Below are positions 55,428 to 63,991 of a stretch of 64,000 nucleotides of DNA, in pieces. The position numbers and the translations under genes were made by a program. Numbering within the stretch: the first letter of the stretch is position 1; the number at the start of each line of letters is the position of its first letter. This DNA is from a virus: IMG/VR virus record IMGVR_UViG_3300031669_005808. One strand, given 5' to 3'. The notes beneath the pieces are model-generated. The model worked only from the letters and a program-made list of their open reading frames with translations, did no database searches and was not told where the DNA came from.

Positions 55428-56177
55428 TTTTATCCTTTAAATTTAAATAATTTATCTAATCTTGGAGATCGCCCATTTTTATTTAGATTAGTTATCGTAT
55501 CCATCTCTAACAGACATTCAAAATCATCAGGAGCATTATACTCACTCACAAAAACAATATGTCCCTCTCTCGACCTATTTCTACACCACTCCCAAAATTC
55601 AAAATGATTAAAATCTACATCCAAAACTGAAGTACCCGCATATGGTGGATCACAATATATCAAGCTATTATCCGGAATAACCATATCACAATAATTCATA
55701 CACGTAAATTTTACACCACCTAAGGTTTTAGCTTGTTTGACTATAGATCTACTACTCTCTCCCGCAAAGTTCTCCCCTCGTTTATTTTTTGCATACCCTC
55801 CCCACCATTTAGCTCCAAAACTACACAAAAAACCAACAAATCCAACAAACTCATCTTTAAAAATATCCGGATTATCCTTCACACTATAATATAATTCCTT
55901 GGAAACTTCTGTAGGAGGTATCCAACCCTCTTGAACCGCCCTAAGTAAAGCTATCAAATATTTATGCGTATCATTGCCAATTCTTTCCCCCGTAATATTA
56001 CATATAACATTAGCTCCCCCCACAAAAGGTTCTACCCATACCCTATCTCCACGCTCTTTTAGCATTATTGGGAGAATATGTTTTAATACAAAACGTTTAC
56101 TTCCTATATATTTCATTATAATATATCCCCGGATTTTTAGAAAATTCATCATATGTATCAAAAGTTATATCTTGCAT
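55373..56177. repeat. 55-bp direct repeat (55373-55427 and 56123-56177) flanking the Dam-like MTase gene
   Basis: 54/55 identical, period 750; the repeat is the first 55 nt of the helicase N-terminal ORF. Confidence 0.9.
55430..56116 (-). CDS. Dam/D12-class DNA adenine methyltransferase
   Basis: KYIGSK, EPFVGGANV, YCDPPY, FVSEY. The likely start is Met at 56116, since the ORF-track start 56161 lies within the duplicated helicase segment. Confidence 0.85.
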   Translation of the reverse strand: MKYIGSKRFVLKHILPIMLKERGDRVWVEPFVGGANVICNITGERIGNDTHKYLIALLRAVQEGWIPPTEVSKELYYSVKDNPDIFKDEFVGFVGFLCSFGAKWWGGYAKNKRGENFAGESSRSIVKQAKTLGGVKFTCMNYCDMVIPDNSLIYCDPPYAGTSVLDVDFNHFEFWEWCRNRSREGHIVFVSEYNAPDDFECLLEMDTITNLNKNGRSPRLDKLFKFKG

Positions 56178-56356
56178 ACTACACCTTTAGGTTGAACATC
56201 TTTCACCGCGTTAAAAAATTTAGACCTCATCTCATAATTATAAGTGGTCTCATCTTGATCTGAACAGATTAGAGGATTCTGAACAACATCTCTTAACCAC
56301 AAAGCTTCCTCCTCAGTAAGTTCTAAAGTTACACTTATTTTGATTTCTGATTTCAT
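56165..56356 (-). CDS. Hypothetical protein
   Basis: ORF track. Confidence 0.5.
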   Translation of the reverse strand: MKSEIKISVTLELTEEEALWLRDVVQNPLICSDQDETTYNYEMRSKFFNAVKDVQPKGVVCKI

Positions 56357-56359
56357 AAT

Positions 56360-56887
56360 TTATTCCTCCTCATTAGAGTATTTCTCTAAAATTTCTCTAT
56401 CATCCCTATCAATACCCATAGCCTGAAAAACTTTCCAAAGATTTAATCGAGCTTTTAATTCCGAATCTCTCAAAGCTAAGATTCGAACAGCATACAGAGC
56501 CGCATTACAAGCCCCCGAATTACCCATTGACATACACCCCACTGGGACACCTCTAGGCATCTGGACTATAGATAACAAAGCATCCATCCCCTGACCCAAA
56601 CTACCCCCTGGCACTGGAACCCCTATCACGGGTAAATAAGTTTTTGAAGCTATTACACCGGGAAGAGCCGCAGACATTCCCGCTATTGCAATAATCACCT
56701 TACATCCCCGATTTTCAACACATTCAATAATTTCTTTTATCTTATTAGGTGTTCTATGCGCTGAAGCAATGCGAACCTCATAGGATATCTTAAAATATTT
56801 CAAAAGAGATATAGCATTGCTGGCCACCTCCTCATCGGATTTACTTCCCATTATAATTAAAACATCAATATCGCTAACTTCCCTCAT
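56360..56887 (-). CDS. purE: N5-CAIR mutase
   Basis: IMGSKSD, SAHRTP, AGMSAALPGV, PVIGVP, ALLSIVQMPRGVPV, NAALYA. Confidence 0.95.
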   Translation of the reverse strand: MREVSDIDVLIIMGSKSDEEVASNAISLLKYFKISYEVRIASAHRTPNKIKEIIECVENRGCKVIIAIAGMSAALPGVIASKTYLPVIGVPVPGGSLGQGMDALLSIVQMPRGVPVGCMSMGNSGACNAALYAVRILALRDSELKARLNLWKVFQAMGIDRDDREILEKYSNEEE

Positions 56888-56909
56888 ATTATTCCCCCTT
56901 GTATTGATT

Positions 56910-57698
56910 TTACTGATTAATGAATATTTTCTTTAATGTTCTGAGATCCTCACATATCCTCATCTCATCAAAGAGGCTTATCTCATAAGACAACTCATCT
57001 TTATACTCAATAACTATACGTTTATTCATATAATCTATCACATACCTTTTTATAAACCTAGAAGCACCCATCCTTGAAAGATATGCCCCCATTTCACGCA
57101 GAATTGCTCCATGAGACATCCCAAAACTAAAACTCATATATTTATTCAAAATAGACATATGTGCAGCTAATTCACATACATTATTTGGGCAGAAAACATC
57201 ATTCAAATCCTCGGATATCCTCACTTTCTGCCCCCATATCATTAATGTATTCTCATGAGACTGCACAGTATTTATATCTCCTTTACCTAAATAAGTCATA
57301 TATGTAGGATCTAAATCGGATACATTTTGTTGCCGAACTCCGGATTTCGAACAATCTCTAGAGAAAGTATAGTTATCATCACATATTTTCTCTAAGCATA
57401 TTTCAATAGCTTTATGAATATTGAAATACTCCTTTATCTCATGACTATACGCAAAATACAAGCCAGAAGAAAGCTTATTCAAGAAAGAATAATTGGCATC
57501 TGGATTCAAAGATATTGTATAGAACTTATTAGGTTTAATCGTAATCAATTCTTCAATATCCTTTTCAATCATATCCGCCATTGAAACCTGACCTTCTTTC
57601 CTCAGTAATATATTAAAGTCCTCCCTATCAATAATAACATGACCCTTATCTAATTCTAATTTTTCCTCAATCTCAGGATGATTGTGTAACTTATGCAT
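56910..57698 (-). CDS. Hypothetical protein
   Basis: ORF track. Confidence 0.6.
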   Translation of the reverse strand: MHKLHNHPEIEEKLELDKGHVIIDREDFNILLRKEGQVSMADMIEKDIEELITIKPNKFYTISLNPDANYSFLNKLSSGLYFAYSHEIKEYFNIHKAIEICLEKICDDNYTFSRDCSKSGVRQQNVSDLDPTYMTYLGKGDINTVQSHENTLMIWGQKVRISEDLNDVFCPNNVCELAAHMSILNKYMSFSFGMSHGAILREMGAYLSRMGASRFIKRYVIDYMNKRIVIEYKDELSYEISLFDEMRICEDLRTLKKIFINQ

Positions 57699-57701
57699 AA
57701 T

Positions 57702-57905
57702 TTACTCCTCCTCAATTAAAATGTTTAAATTGTCTGAAATGCAATTTTTGCCCCTACCGTAATATTTATCCCTCTTTAATACCACAGTGCTGTATACACT
57801 TAGACACCCACGAATATACTCCGCCAAAAGCCAATCCGGAGTATTAGACTCATTTTCCTTACTATATCTATTAATCAATTGTTCTAACTCTTTCTCAAAA
57901 TTCAT
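57702..57905 (-). CDS. Hypothetical phage protein
   Basis: LEQLINRYSKENESNTPDWLLAEY. Confidence 0.6.
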   Translation of the reverse strand: MNFEKELEQLINRYSKENESNTPDWLLAEYIRGCLSVYSTVVLKRDKYYGRGKNCISDNLNILIEEE

Positions 57906-58753
57906 TATATTTCTAGCTCCTTAAATCTTGAAGTTATATCCGCCACAATCTGAAATTTATTCTTAACACCCTCCAAATCTGCTTCCTCTTTCCTATAAAG
58001 ATCCTTATCTAATCGGCCATTAGGGTCTAATTGATCCAGAACATTCCTCGCACTAAGATCAATAGTATCATATTTGTATGGCCACAATCTAAATGAGCTT
58101 GGAGTAATCTCATCGATCAAAACGACCTCATTATTTATAATGCCATACTCCAACTTCATATCAATAAGTTGCAATTTGAATTGAGCAAAGGCTTCCTCCA
58201 AAGCACAAAATATTGAAACATTCAAAGCTATCATTTCTCGGAAAAGATAACAATCTTTATTCTCAGCTAGATGATTCAGAAATTTATCCTCTAATAGAGG
58301 ATCATGTAAAAAATCATCCTTATAATAAAATTGATTCATTAGTGGTCTAAATACTTGACCCTCCGTGTAAGAGGTATGTTTTAGAATAGATCCCGTGGCT
58401 ATGCGCCGGGATACAACCTCCAAATTTATCTTCTTATCCAGAGCTTTTACTATAGATTCCTTCTCAATAAGAGATTCTATATAATGTGTTGGGATACCTT
58501 TCTTATTCAGATACTCAAATATATCTTTATTTACACCCCAATCAACAAGGGCTTTACCCTGGATTACATCATGCTTCACTCCGTCTCCCGCTGTAATATC
58601 ATCCTTAAATAACATGGATACCACATCTGTGATATCCTCAGGAATACCTGCTTCCTTAAATTTTAACAGTTTGTAAATAACTTTAGTTTTACCTTCACAG
58701 ATAATATCCCCCCACATCATATGTATTTTATTATCAACCTCTTTATATAACAT
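57905..58753 (-). CDS. purC: SAICAR synthetase
   Basis: EGKTKVIY, FKDDITAGDG, IPTHY, LEVVSRRIATGS, KDDFLHDP, DMKLEYG, DEITPSSFRLW, LDKDLYR. Confidence 0.92.
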   Translation of the reverse strand: MLYKEVDNKIHMMWGDIICEGKTKVIYKLLKFKEAGIPEDITDVVSMLFKDDITAGDGVKHDVIQGKALVDWGVNKDIFEYLNKKGIPTHYIESLIEKESIVKALDKKINLEVVSRRIATGSILKHTSYTEGQVFRPLMNQFYYKDDFLHDPLLEDKFLNHLAENKDCYLFREMIALNVSIFCALEEAFAQFKLQLIDMKLEYGIINNEVVLIDEITPSSFRLWPYKYDTIDLSARNVLDQLDPNGRLDKDLYRKEEADLEGVKNKFQIVADITSRFKELEI

Positions 58754-58766
58754 TTTATGACCCTTT

Positions 58767-58802
58767 CTTGCATGTTAGCTTGCATGTTAGCTTGCATGTT
58801 AG
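58767..58802. repeat. 12-bp perfect tandem repeat x3 just upstream of purC
   Basis: cttgcatgttag x3, ending 14 nt from the start codon. Confidence 0.9.
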
Positions 58803-58815
58803 TTAATATGTTGTT

Positions 58816-59073
58816 TTATATTTTCTTTGGGAAAGGAATACTCTTTCCCCGTTTGGAATTCTTCTTTGATTTTGGATCTTCCCCTATTTCCACCCCATCA
58901 TCATAAGTAACCAGAGCGCTAAAAGTATCCGTGGGCTGCGATTGAGGAGTGATATCAATGACCTCAAAATTCACGATAAGATTACCTTTGGTCTGGATCT
59001 CTAGAATAAAATCATCTACCTCCTTTCCTAACTCCTGTATATCTATTTTTGGTATTGTGCAAAATCTGAGCAT
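58816..59073 (-). CDS. Hypothetical protein
   Basis: ORF track. Confidence 0.55.
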   Translation of the reverse strand: MLRFCTIPKIDIQELGKEVDDFILEIQTKGNLIVNFEVIDITPQSQPTDTFSALVTYDDGVEIGEDPKSKKNSKRGKSIPFPKKI

Positions 59074-59075
59074 TT

Positions 59076-59408
59076 TTATTTGTTCCCCTCTTCAAACTCA
59101 TTCCCCACAAATTCAACCACATCAATCAATATATCTCCATTGAAATAATGAGATTTGAGACCTTCTAGATCATCCGGAAATACACTCATCATATGAGTTA
59201 AATAATTGGATTGTGCCTCCTCTAATGTTTTTGGGCTTTTTTCCTCAAATAATACCTCTTCCCATCGACGCATACCCTCCATAGTATTCGGTAGACATGA
59301 AGCTTCTACACCTTGAATCACAGCATCTTTGACGGATTCAGCTCTAACGAATATGTTCTTAATATCATTATCATACAGACTAACATACGTTACAATATAA
59401 TTTTTCAT
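59076..59408 (-). CDS. Hypothetical protein
   Basis: Directly after motif copy 13. Confidence 0.6.
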   Translation of the reverse strand: MKNYIVTYVSLYDNDIKNIFVRAESVKDAVIQGVEASCLPNTMEGMRRWEEVLFEEKSPKTLEEAQSNYLTHMMSVFPDDLEGLKSHYFNGDILIDVVEFVGNEFEEGNK

Positions 59409-59435
59409 AACTTATCCTTTCTTAAATTTGTTTAT

Positions 59436-59471
59436 ATTATATATTCGATTTAACTTTTAAAAATTTTACAG
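59436..59471 (-). promoter_or_regulatory. Conserved bipartite promoter-like motif, copy 13
   Basis: CTGTAAAATT-N12-ATCGAATA-TATAAT. Confidence 0.8.
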
Positions 59472-59606
59472 CCTTATGTCCTTAATCTTCATTGCAAGAA
59501 ACATACCTATAGTTCCAACCCACCAAAACAAACAAGGATCTTTATACCCGATATTCTCCAAAAAACAACCAAAACACAAACTAAGTATTAATGTTAGAAG
59601 GGACAT
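59466..59606 (-). CDS. 46-aa membrane peptide (not in ORF track)
   Basis: MSLLTLILSLCFGCFLENIGYKDPCLFWWVGTIGMFLAMKIKDIRL*; stop lies within the motif. Confidence 0.5.
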   Translation of the reverse strand: MSLLTLILSLCFGCFLENIGYKDPCLFWWVGTIGMFLAMKIKDIRL

Positions 59607-59707
59607 TTTACTACTCCTATCTTAAATTTGTTTATACTGTATATTTAATGCATCAAATATACATCCTTAACTTTAAATTTATGAATTAAGGCGTCTAATA
59701 TGAGGCG

Positions 59708-59893
59708 TTAATTCATCTCTATTATCTCATCAAAGCCCTCCATAAAACTTGGTTTTTCATATTCCTGCATTAATTTTATATACACTTTATTCCAATCGGT
59801 ATTGCCATCTCTAGGATCATTCATTCGCCTCCGTAGATACTCTAACTTTCCCGGACCCCAATCATAGGATATGATATGAGCATCATAAGACAA
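59708..59893 (-). CDS. Hypothetical protein
   Basis: ORF track. Confidence 0.5.
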   Translation of the reverse strand: MSYDAHIISYDWGPGKLEYLRRRMNDPRDGNTDWNKVYIKLMQEYEKPSFMEGFDEIIEMN

Positions 59894-59901
59894 CCGTTCC
59901 T

Positions 59902-61017
59902 TTAAACTTGGAAAAATCCAATTTCATAAGGTTTGTAACGGGCACCGTAGAGTCCCGTAAGAAATCGAGTCAATATATTTCTGGCTGCAATTATATCTGC
60001 GTTACCTGTGTGACCACATTTCAGGCACCGAAATATTTGACCAACTCGATTTCCCATATCGACATGACCACAGCTTGGACATGTTTGGCTGGTATAATAA
60101 GGAGCTACTGAACGAAAACTAACACGGTTAGTTTCGCAAGCTTGCTCTAGCCTTTTTAACCAGTACCTATACGCCCAAGTGCCGATAGAACGTCGCATAT
60201 TTTTACTCAAGCGACGTTTGAGTTTTGATTTAAAATTCATATTCTTTAAAGCTTCAACCACTACTAAATCTATATTCTTGAACTCTTTTATTATCTGTTG
60301 AACAACTTCATCAATTCTTTGTTTAAAAGCTCTTCGGGCTTGTTTCTGACCTTTAGAGCCATGCTGACACCGTTTGATACGTTCTATTAAGGATTCAGTA
60401 TCTAAACCAAATTGAGCACCATTATTAAGAGATGCCAAAGCTTTGATGCCTGTATCAATGCCAATAGCATTAATACCTTCTTTTTTCTTACCCGTATCTA
60501 TCTCAAAACAAAACTGCACATAACTATCTGTAATGATATACGAATTTAACCTCTTGCCCTTAGATGCAATTTTATTATAATGCTTATGAAATTTAATAGG
60601 TAAATCTAAAATATGCTTCTCTCCAACAGAAGCTACATGTAACCATGCATCAAATTCAGTTGTTTCTTTTGAGTCAACTAAATCCGCTATAGTACACGAA
60701 ACGTACATTCTTTTACCTTTATGCACGGGTATCTTCATCTTATTTGGTTTGTTCTTCCAACGCTCCTTAGTAGCCACTATCATGTCTATAGCTTCTCTTG
60801 CCGCTACTTTACGGAGTCTTGCGCTCATCCAAGTATCTTTTGGCAAGTCTACTATGTCTTTTAACAAGTCAGATTTAGAAGGATTACCGTTCTTCCAGAA
60901 ATACTCAATAAAAATATTACATACCTTACCATATTCTGATAATATGGTTTTAAGCTCATCAAGCTTATGCGCTGTAGCAAACTTCAAGCTACATTTAGTT
61001 GAGCGGATTAGTTTCAT
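59902..61017 (-). mobile_element. tnpB: TnpB RNA-guided endonuclease (IS200/IS605/IS607-related); no transposase adjacent
   Basis: RuvC-I IGIDTG, RuvC-II VVVEAL, zinc finger TSQTCPSCG...FRCLKCG, RuvC-III NADIIAARNI. Confidence 0.9.
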
Positions 61018-61097
61018 TTTCTTTCTTCTTTTTCCTATTCCCTGTAAGTATAACCAAATTCTTTTCGTTCATATCTATCCTTGCTAAAGTTTGTTCA

Positions 61098-61124
61098 AGG
61101 ATGCAACCACAGTGGTTGCATCCT
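61098..61124. repeat. 27-bp near-perfect palindrome upstream of tnpB
   Basis: aggatgcaaccac-a-gtggttgcatcct. Confidence 0.8.
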
Positions 61125-61138
61125 CAGGTATTTAATCT

Positions 61139-61267
61139 TTAATCTTCATACTCTATGGCTTCAGCCTCACATAGAGGACACACAAAACTCCCATCCTCAT
61201 CCTGCTCAGCATCATCATACATGCCTTCCCAGTCACAATCACTACAAAACAAATCTTTATTTTCCAT
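61139..61267 (-). CDS. 42-aa acidic zinc-ribbon peptide (not in ORF track)
   Basis: MENKDLFCSDCDWEGMYDDAEQDEDGSFVCPLCEAEAIEYED*. Confidence 0.55.
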   Translation of the reverse strand: MENKDLFCSDCDWEGMYDDAEQDEDGSFVCPLCEAEAIEYED

Positions 61268-61286
61268 TCTCTATATCACTTCCTTT

Positions 61287-62507
61287 CTACATTTTGCATA
61301 CATCATGATCAAAAGCGTACACCCCACAGTCTATAACACTCTGTAAATCAATTATTATAGGGTAAATTGAGGGTTTAATAGACCCCTTTTCTTTTTCAAT
61401 GATATACAGTATTTGTGAGGCATTGGATATCAAATTCAAATTAAAAGTGGAATAAAAATTTCCCCCCACCACAGAAGCTGACCTCCCCTGATTCTCCCTG
61501 ATATCAGGGGAATGAATGTGGCCGGATATCACATAATCCACCAATTTCCCAAGATCATTGTATTTCTTTATGATTCTATTCAATAAAGTGGGATTATATT
61601 TTATGCCATGGAAGAATAATATCTCCTTACCATAGATATTATATAATTTTTCATAATTCCTACTCACATCCATAAATTTAATTCTGTCCGAATGCTGTGA
61701 TAAATACATAGATAGGAACTTATGAATTAGAAAATCAAAATTATGTATCGGATCTCTGTATGGAATGTCTTGATCAAATCTTGACTCATTTCCAAACACG
61801 GATACCACTTCAATATTGTAGTATCGTGCTAAATCCAACAAAAAACCACTTATAATCTGTATGGCTTGGATGAAGGTCTCTGATCTACTATCCGCATTTG
61901 TCAACATTTCATCGATTCGCCGATCACTATTCAACAAATCCCCCGTGCAGGCCACTACAATCTTTGAAACGGAATCTCCTAAAAGGGATCTAACCTTTTT
62001 TGCATACTTCCAAAGTCTTTGTGAGCATATCTCCACGTTATACTCATTGGAATCCAGGGTATCCTCTAAAGTCACCACCTCCCCTATATGAAGATCGGAT
62101 AGTTGAACGATGGCCGTCTTTTCCACGATCTCAATGAGAGTATCCTGAAATTTAAGTTTAAAATGTTTAAGGCTATCCAATTTCATAAGGATATTATCAA
62201 ATAATTCCGATGTAAAATTCAGATATCTATCGTGCTCCCTCAAGACCTTATTCGTTATACGATTTTTATCCTGTAATTTTTGATTAAGAGCTTTGATTTT
62301 TATAAAACTATCGTCGTAGATATCCGTAGGCTGCTTCAATCTATTTTTGTATTTCCTCCTTATGACCCCTATATAATTTTGAAACGTCTTTCTTGATAGG
62401 GTATAATTGAAGTAATTTTTTATCAAAATATAAATGTCCGAGGTTAATAATCCATGGTTCAATTTACTTATGACATAATCATCTAAATCTTTATTCTCAC
62501 TCGCCAT
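61287..62507 (-). CDS. Metallophosphoesterase with N-terminal helical/coiled region
   Basis: QLSDLHIGE, TGDLL, FGNE, FFHG, SGHIHS. Confidence 0.75.
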   Translation of the reverse strand: MASENKDLDDYVISKLNHGLLTSDIYILIKNYFNYTLSRKTFQNYIGVIRRKYKNRLKQPTDIYDDSFIKIKALNQKLQDKNRITNKVLREHDRYLNFTSELFDNILMKLDSLKHFKLKFQDTLIEIVEKTAIVQLSDLHIGEVVTLEDTLDSNEYNVEICSQRLWKYAKKVRSLLGDSVSKIVVACTGDLLNSDRRIDEMLTNADSRSETFIQAIQIISGFLLDLARYYNIEVVSVFGNESRFDQDIPYRDPIHNFDFLIHKFLSMYLSQHSDRIKFMDVSRNYEKLYNIYGKEILFFHGIKYNPTLLNRIIKKYNDLGKLVDYVISGHIHSPDIRENQGRSASVVGGNFYSTFNLNLISNASQILYIIEKEKGSIKPSIYPIIIDLQSVIDCGVYAFDHDVCKM

Positions 62508-62535
62508 TAATAACTTTACCTCCCCAATAACTCCT

Positions 62536-62572
62536 ATTGTTTAAGACCTTATTCTATAAGGTCTTAAACAAT
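62536..62572. repeat. Perfect inverted repeat, 17-bp stem and 3-nt loop
   Basis: attgtttaagaccttat-tct-ataaggtcttaaacaat. Confidence 0.85.
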
Positions 62573-62723
62573 ACATCAACAATATGATATATTTAGAGGA
62601 TATATACCTACACCTACTCTTCTATATGAAGATAGAAGAGTATAATAATTACTCCAAATATTATACATAATAACCTTTCTACCCCCAAGAGAATGATATG
62701 AAGTATTTTACGTTTAACCCCCA

Positions 62724-63149
62724 TTATAATTTTATCTCCTTCACGGTGTATTTATCTCTATACCCCATATTATCAAATAATTTCAAACTACCTGAGTTAT
62801 TAAGGTCTATCCCCGCCCTAATATCTCCATAATTATTTAAAAATGCAAAGTCTTTAATTTCTTCAAGCATACCGGAAGCTATACCCCGCCTCCTAAATTC
62901 TTCCTGCACATATATGAAAGATATCCAAATACCCTCAGTATTAGACTCAGTTATTACTACCCCCCCACACACTTGGGTTGAATTCCGACCTCCATAATAG
63001 ATCCCATAGAAGTAATCCTGCCTACTCGTCATAAAATCAAAATAGTTCTTAGTTAGATTGTAATCCGAGATATACTCCTCCGCAAATTCTATTATACTGC
63101 CCCAATCCCTATCCGGAATCTCATCCCCTCTAAATAATTGATAGCGCAT
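62724..63149 (-). CDS. GNAT acetyltransferase
   Basis: ISFIYVQEEFRRRGIASGML, NSGSLKLFDNMGY. Confidence 0.85.
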   Translation of the reverse strand: MRYQLFRGDEIPDRDWGSIIEFAEEYISDYNLTKNYFDFMTSRQDYFYGIYYGGRNSTQVCGGVVITESNTEGIWISFIYVQEEFRRRGIASGMLEEIKDFAFLNNYGDIRAGIDLNNSGSLKLFDNMGYRDKYTVKEIKL

Positions 63150-63161
63150 AGCTAAATTCTC

Positions 63162-63380
63162 CTACTCCTTACTTCGATTTTTCTTTTTTGCAAGCTTTGC
63201 CATTTTGGCTTTTCTCTTTCTCCTCTTTTGATGAGGTAGCAAGAAGGATCTGTCTTTCTCACCGAGTGAGTTCATCCGAGCGAAATCCAACCTACCCAGA
63301 TAATCCATTTTCACCATGTCTGCAAAGCTTAAGTACAAAGGTAATAATTTATTATATCCCCCACTATTATTTTCATTCAT
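63162..63380 (-). CDS. Hypothetical basic protein
   Basis: ORF track. Confidence 0.5.
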   Translation of the reverse strand: MNENNSGGYNKLLPLYLSFADMVKMDYLGRLDFARMNSLGEKDRSFLLPHQKRRKRKAKMAKLAKKKNRSKE

Positions 63381-63421
63381 TATTATTCCCCTTACTTAAA
63401 ATTATTAATCTGGGTCATACT

Positions 63422-63991
63422 TCAGTCTATTAAATAAACTTCTAACTCTTTATATCCAAATTCCCTGGCCTCTTTACGATCCCATTTGAACACATCAATA
63501 CGCTTATCATACCTTCTATTCATCACATCATTTATCTTGAAAAATTGATTCAAATCTGGAATATATACGAATTTTCCAAAGCCCCAACCATTATGTCTCA
63601 TATTTTGTGATACCGCTACTGTGAAATCATCTACTCTATATCCAGAGGCGGCAATAAATGGATCATCATCACATTGATCCACCGTTGGACTATATGCAGT
63701 TACCTCCAAATTATATGATTTGTAATTTTCCTTAATCCATTTATGAGGGTTGCTCTGGAATTCTTTCAATTTGTGTTGTAGTAATACAATTTCATTAGTC
63801 AAGATTTTATTGCTACTCTTACATTCATTAATTTTTTTCTCATATATCCTAATCTCCCCTCTAAGATCGCTCATTGCATCTTCACGAGATAACAGGAGGG
63901 ATCGCACAGAATCATATTGTAATCTTGATTCAAATAAAGATTGGTTATACCCCCCCATCTTGAAAAACAAAATCCCAATAATGAAGCACAA
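63422..63991 (-). CDS. 3D-domain cell-wall hydrolase-like protein (start may extend beyond the window edge)
   Basis: TM segment plus coiled coil, then LEVTAYS, AASG, VAVS, NDVM...RIDVF. Confidence 0.75.
   Translation of the reverse strand: MCFIIGILFFKMGGYNQSLFESRLQYDSVRSLLLSREDAMSDLRGEIRIYEKKINECKSSNKILTNEIVLLQHKLKEFQSNPHKWIKENYKSYNLEVTAYSPTVDQCDDDPFIAASGYRVDDFTVAVSQNMRHNGWGFGKFVYIPDLNQFFKINDVMNRRYDKRIDVFKWDRKEAREFGYKELEVYLID

Noticed and set aside
61150-61176. GGCTTCAGCC hairpin as an IS605-type end for tnpB
   Set aside because: It lies inside a convincing 42-aa zinc-ribbon ORF with RBS, so it is more simply explained as coding sequence.
456-63433. All plus-strand ORFs in the six-frame track (e.g. 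1772-2350, 37634-38062, 60749-61087)
   Set aside because: They are antisense shadows of longer minus-strand genes, lack RBSs and recognisable motifs, and have low-complexity Ser/Ile/Leu/Phe composition.
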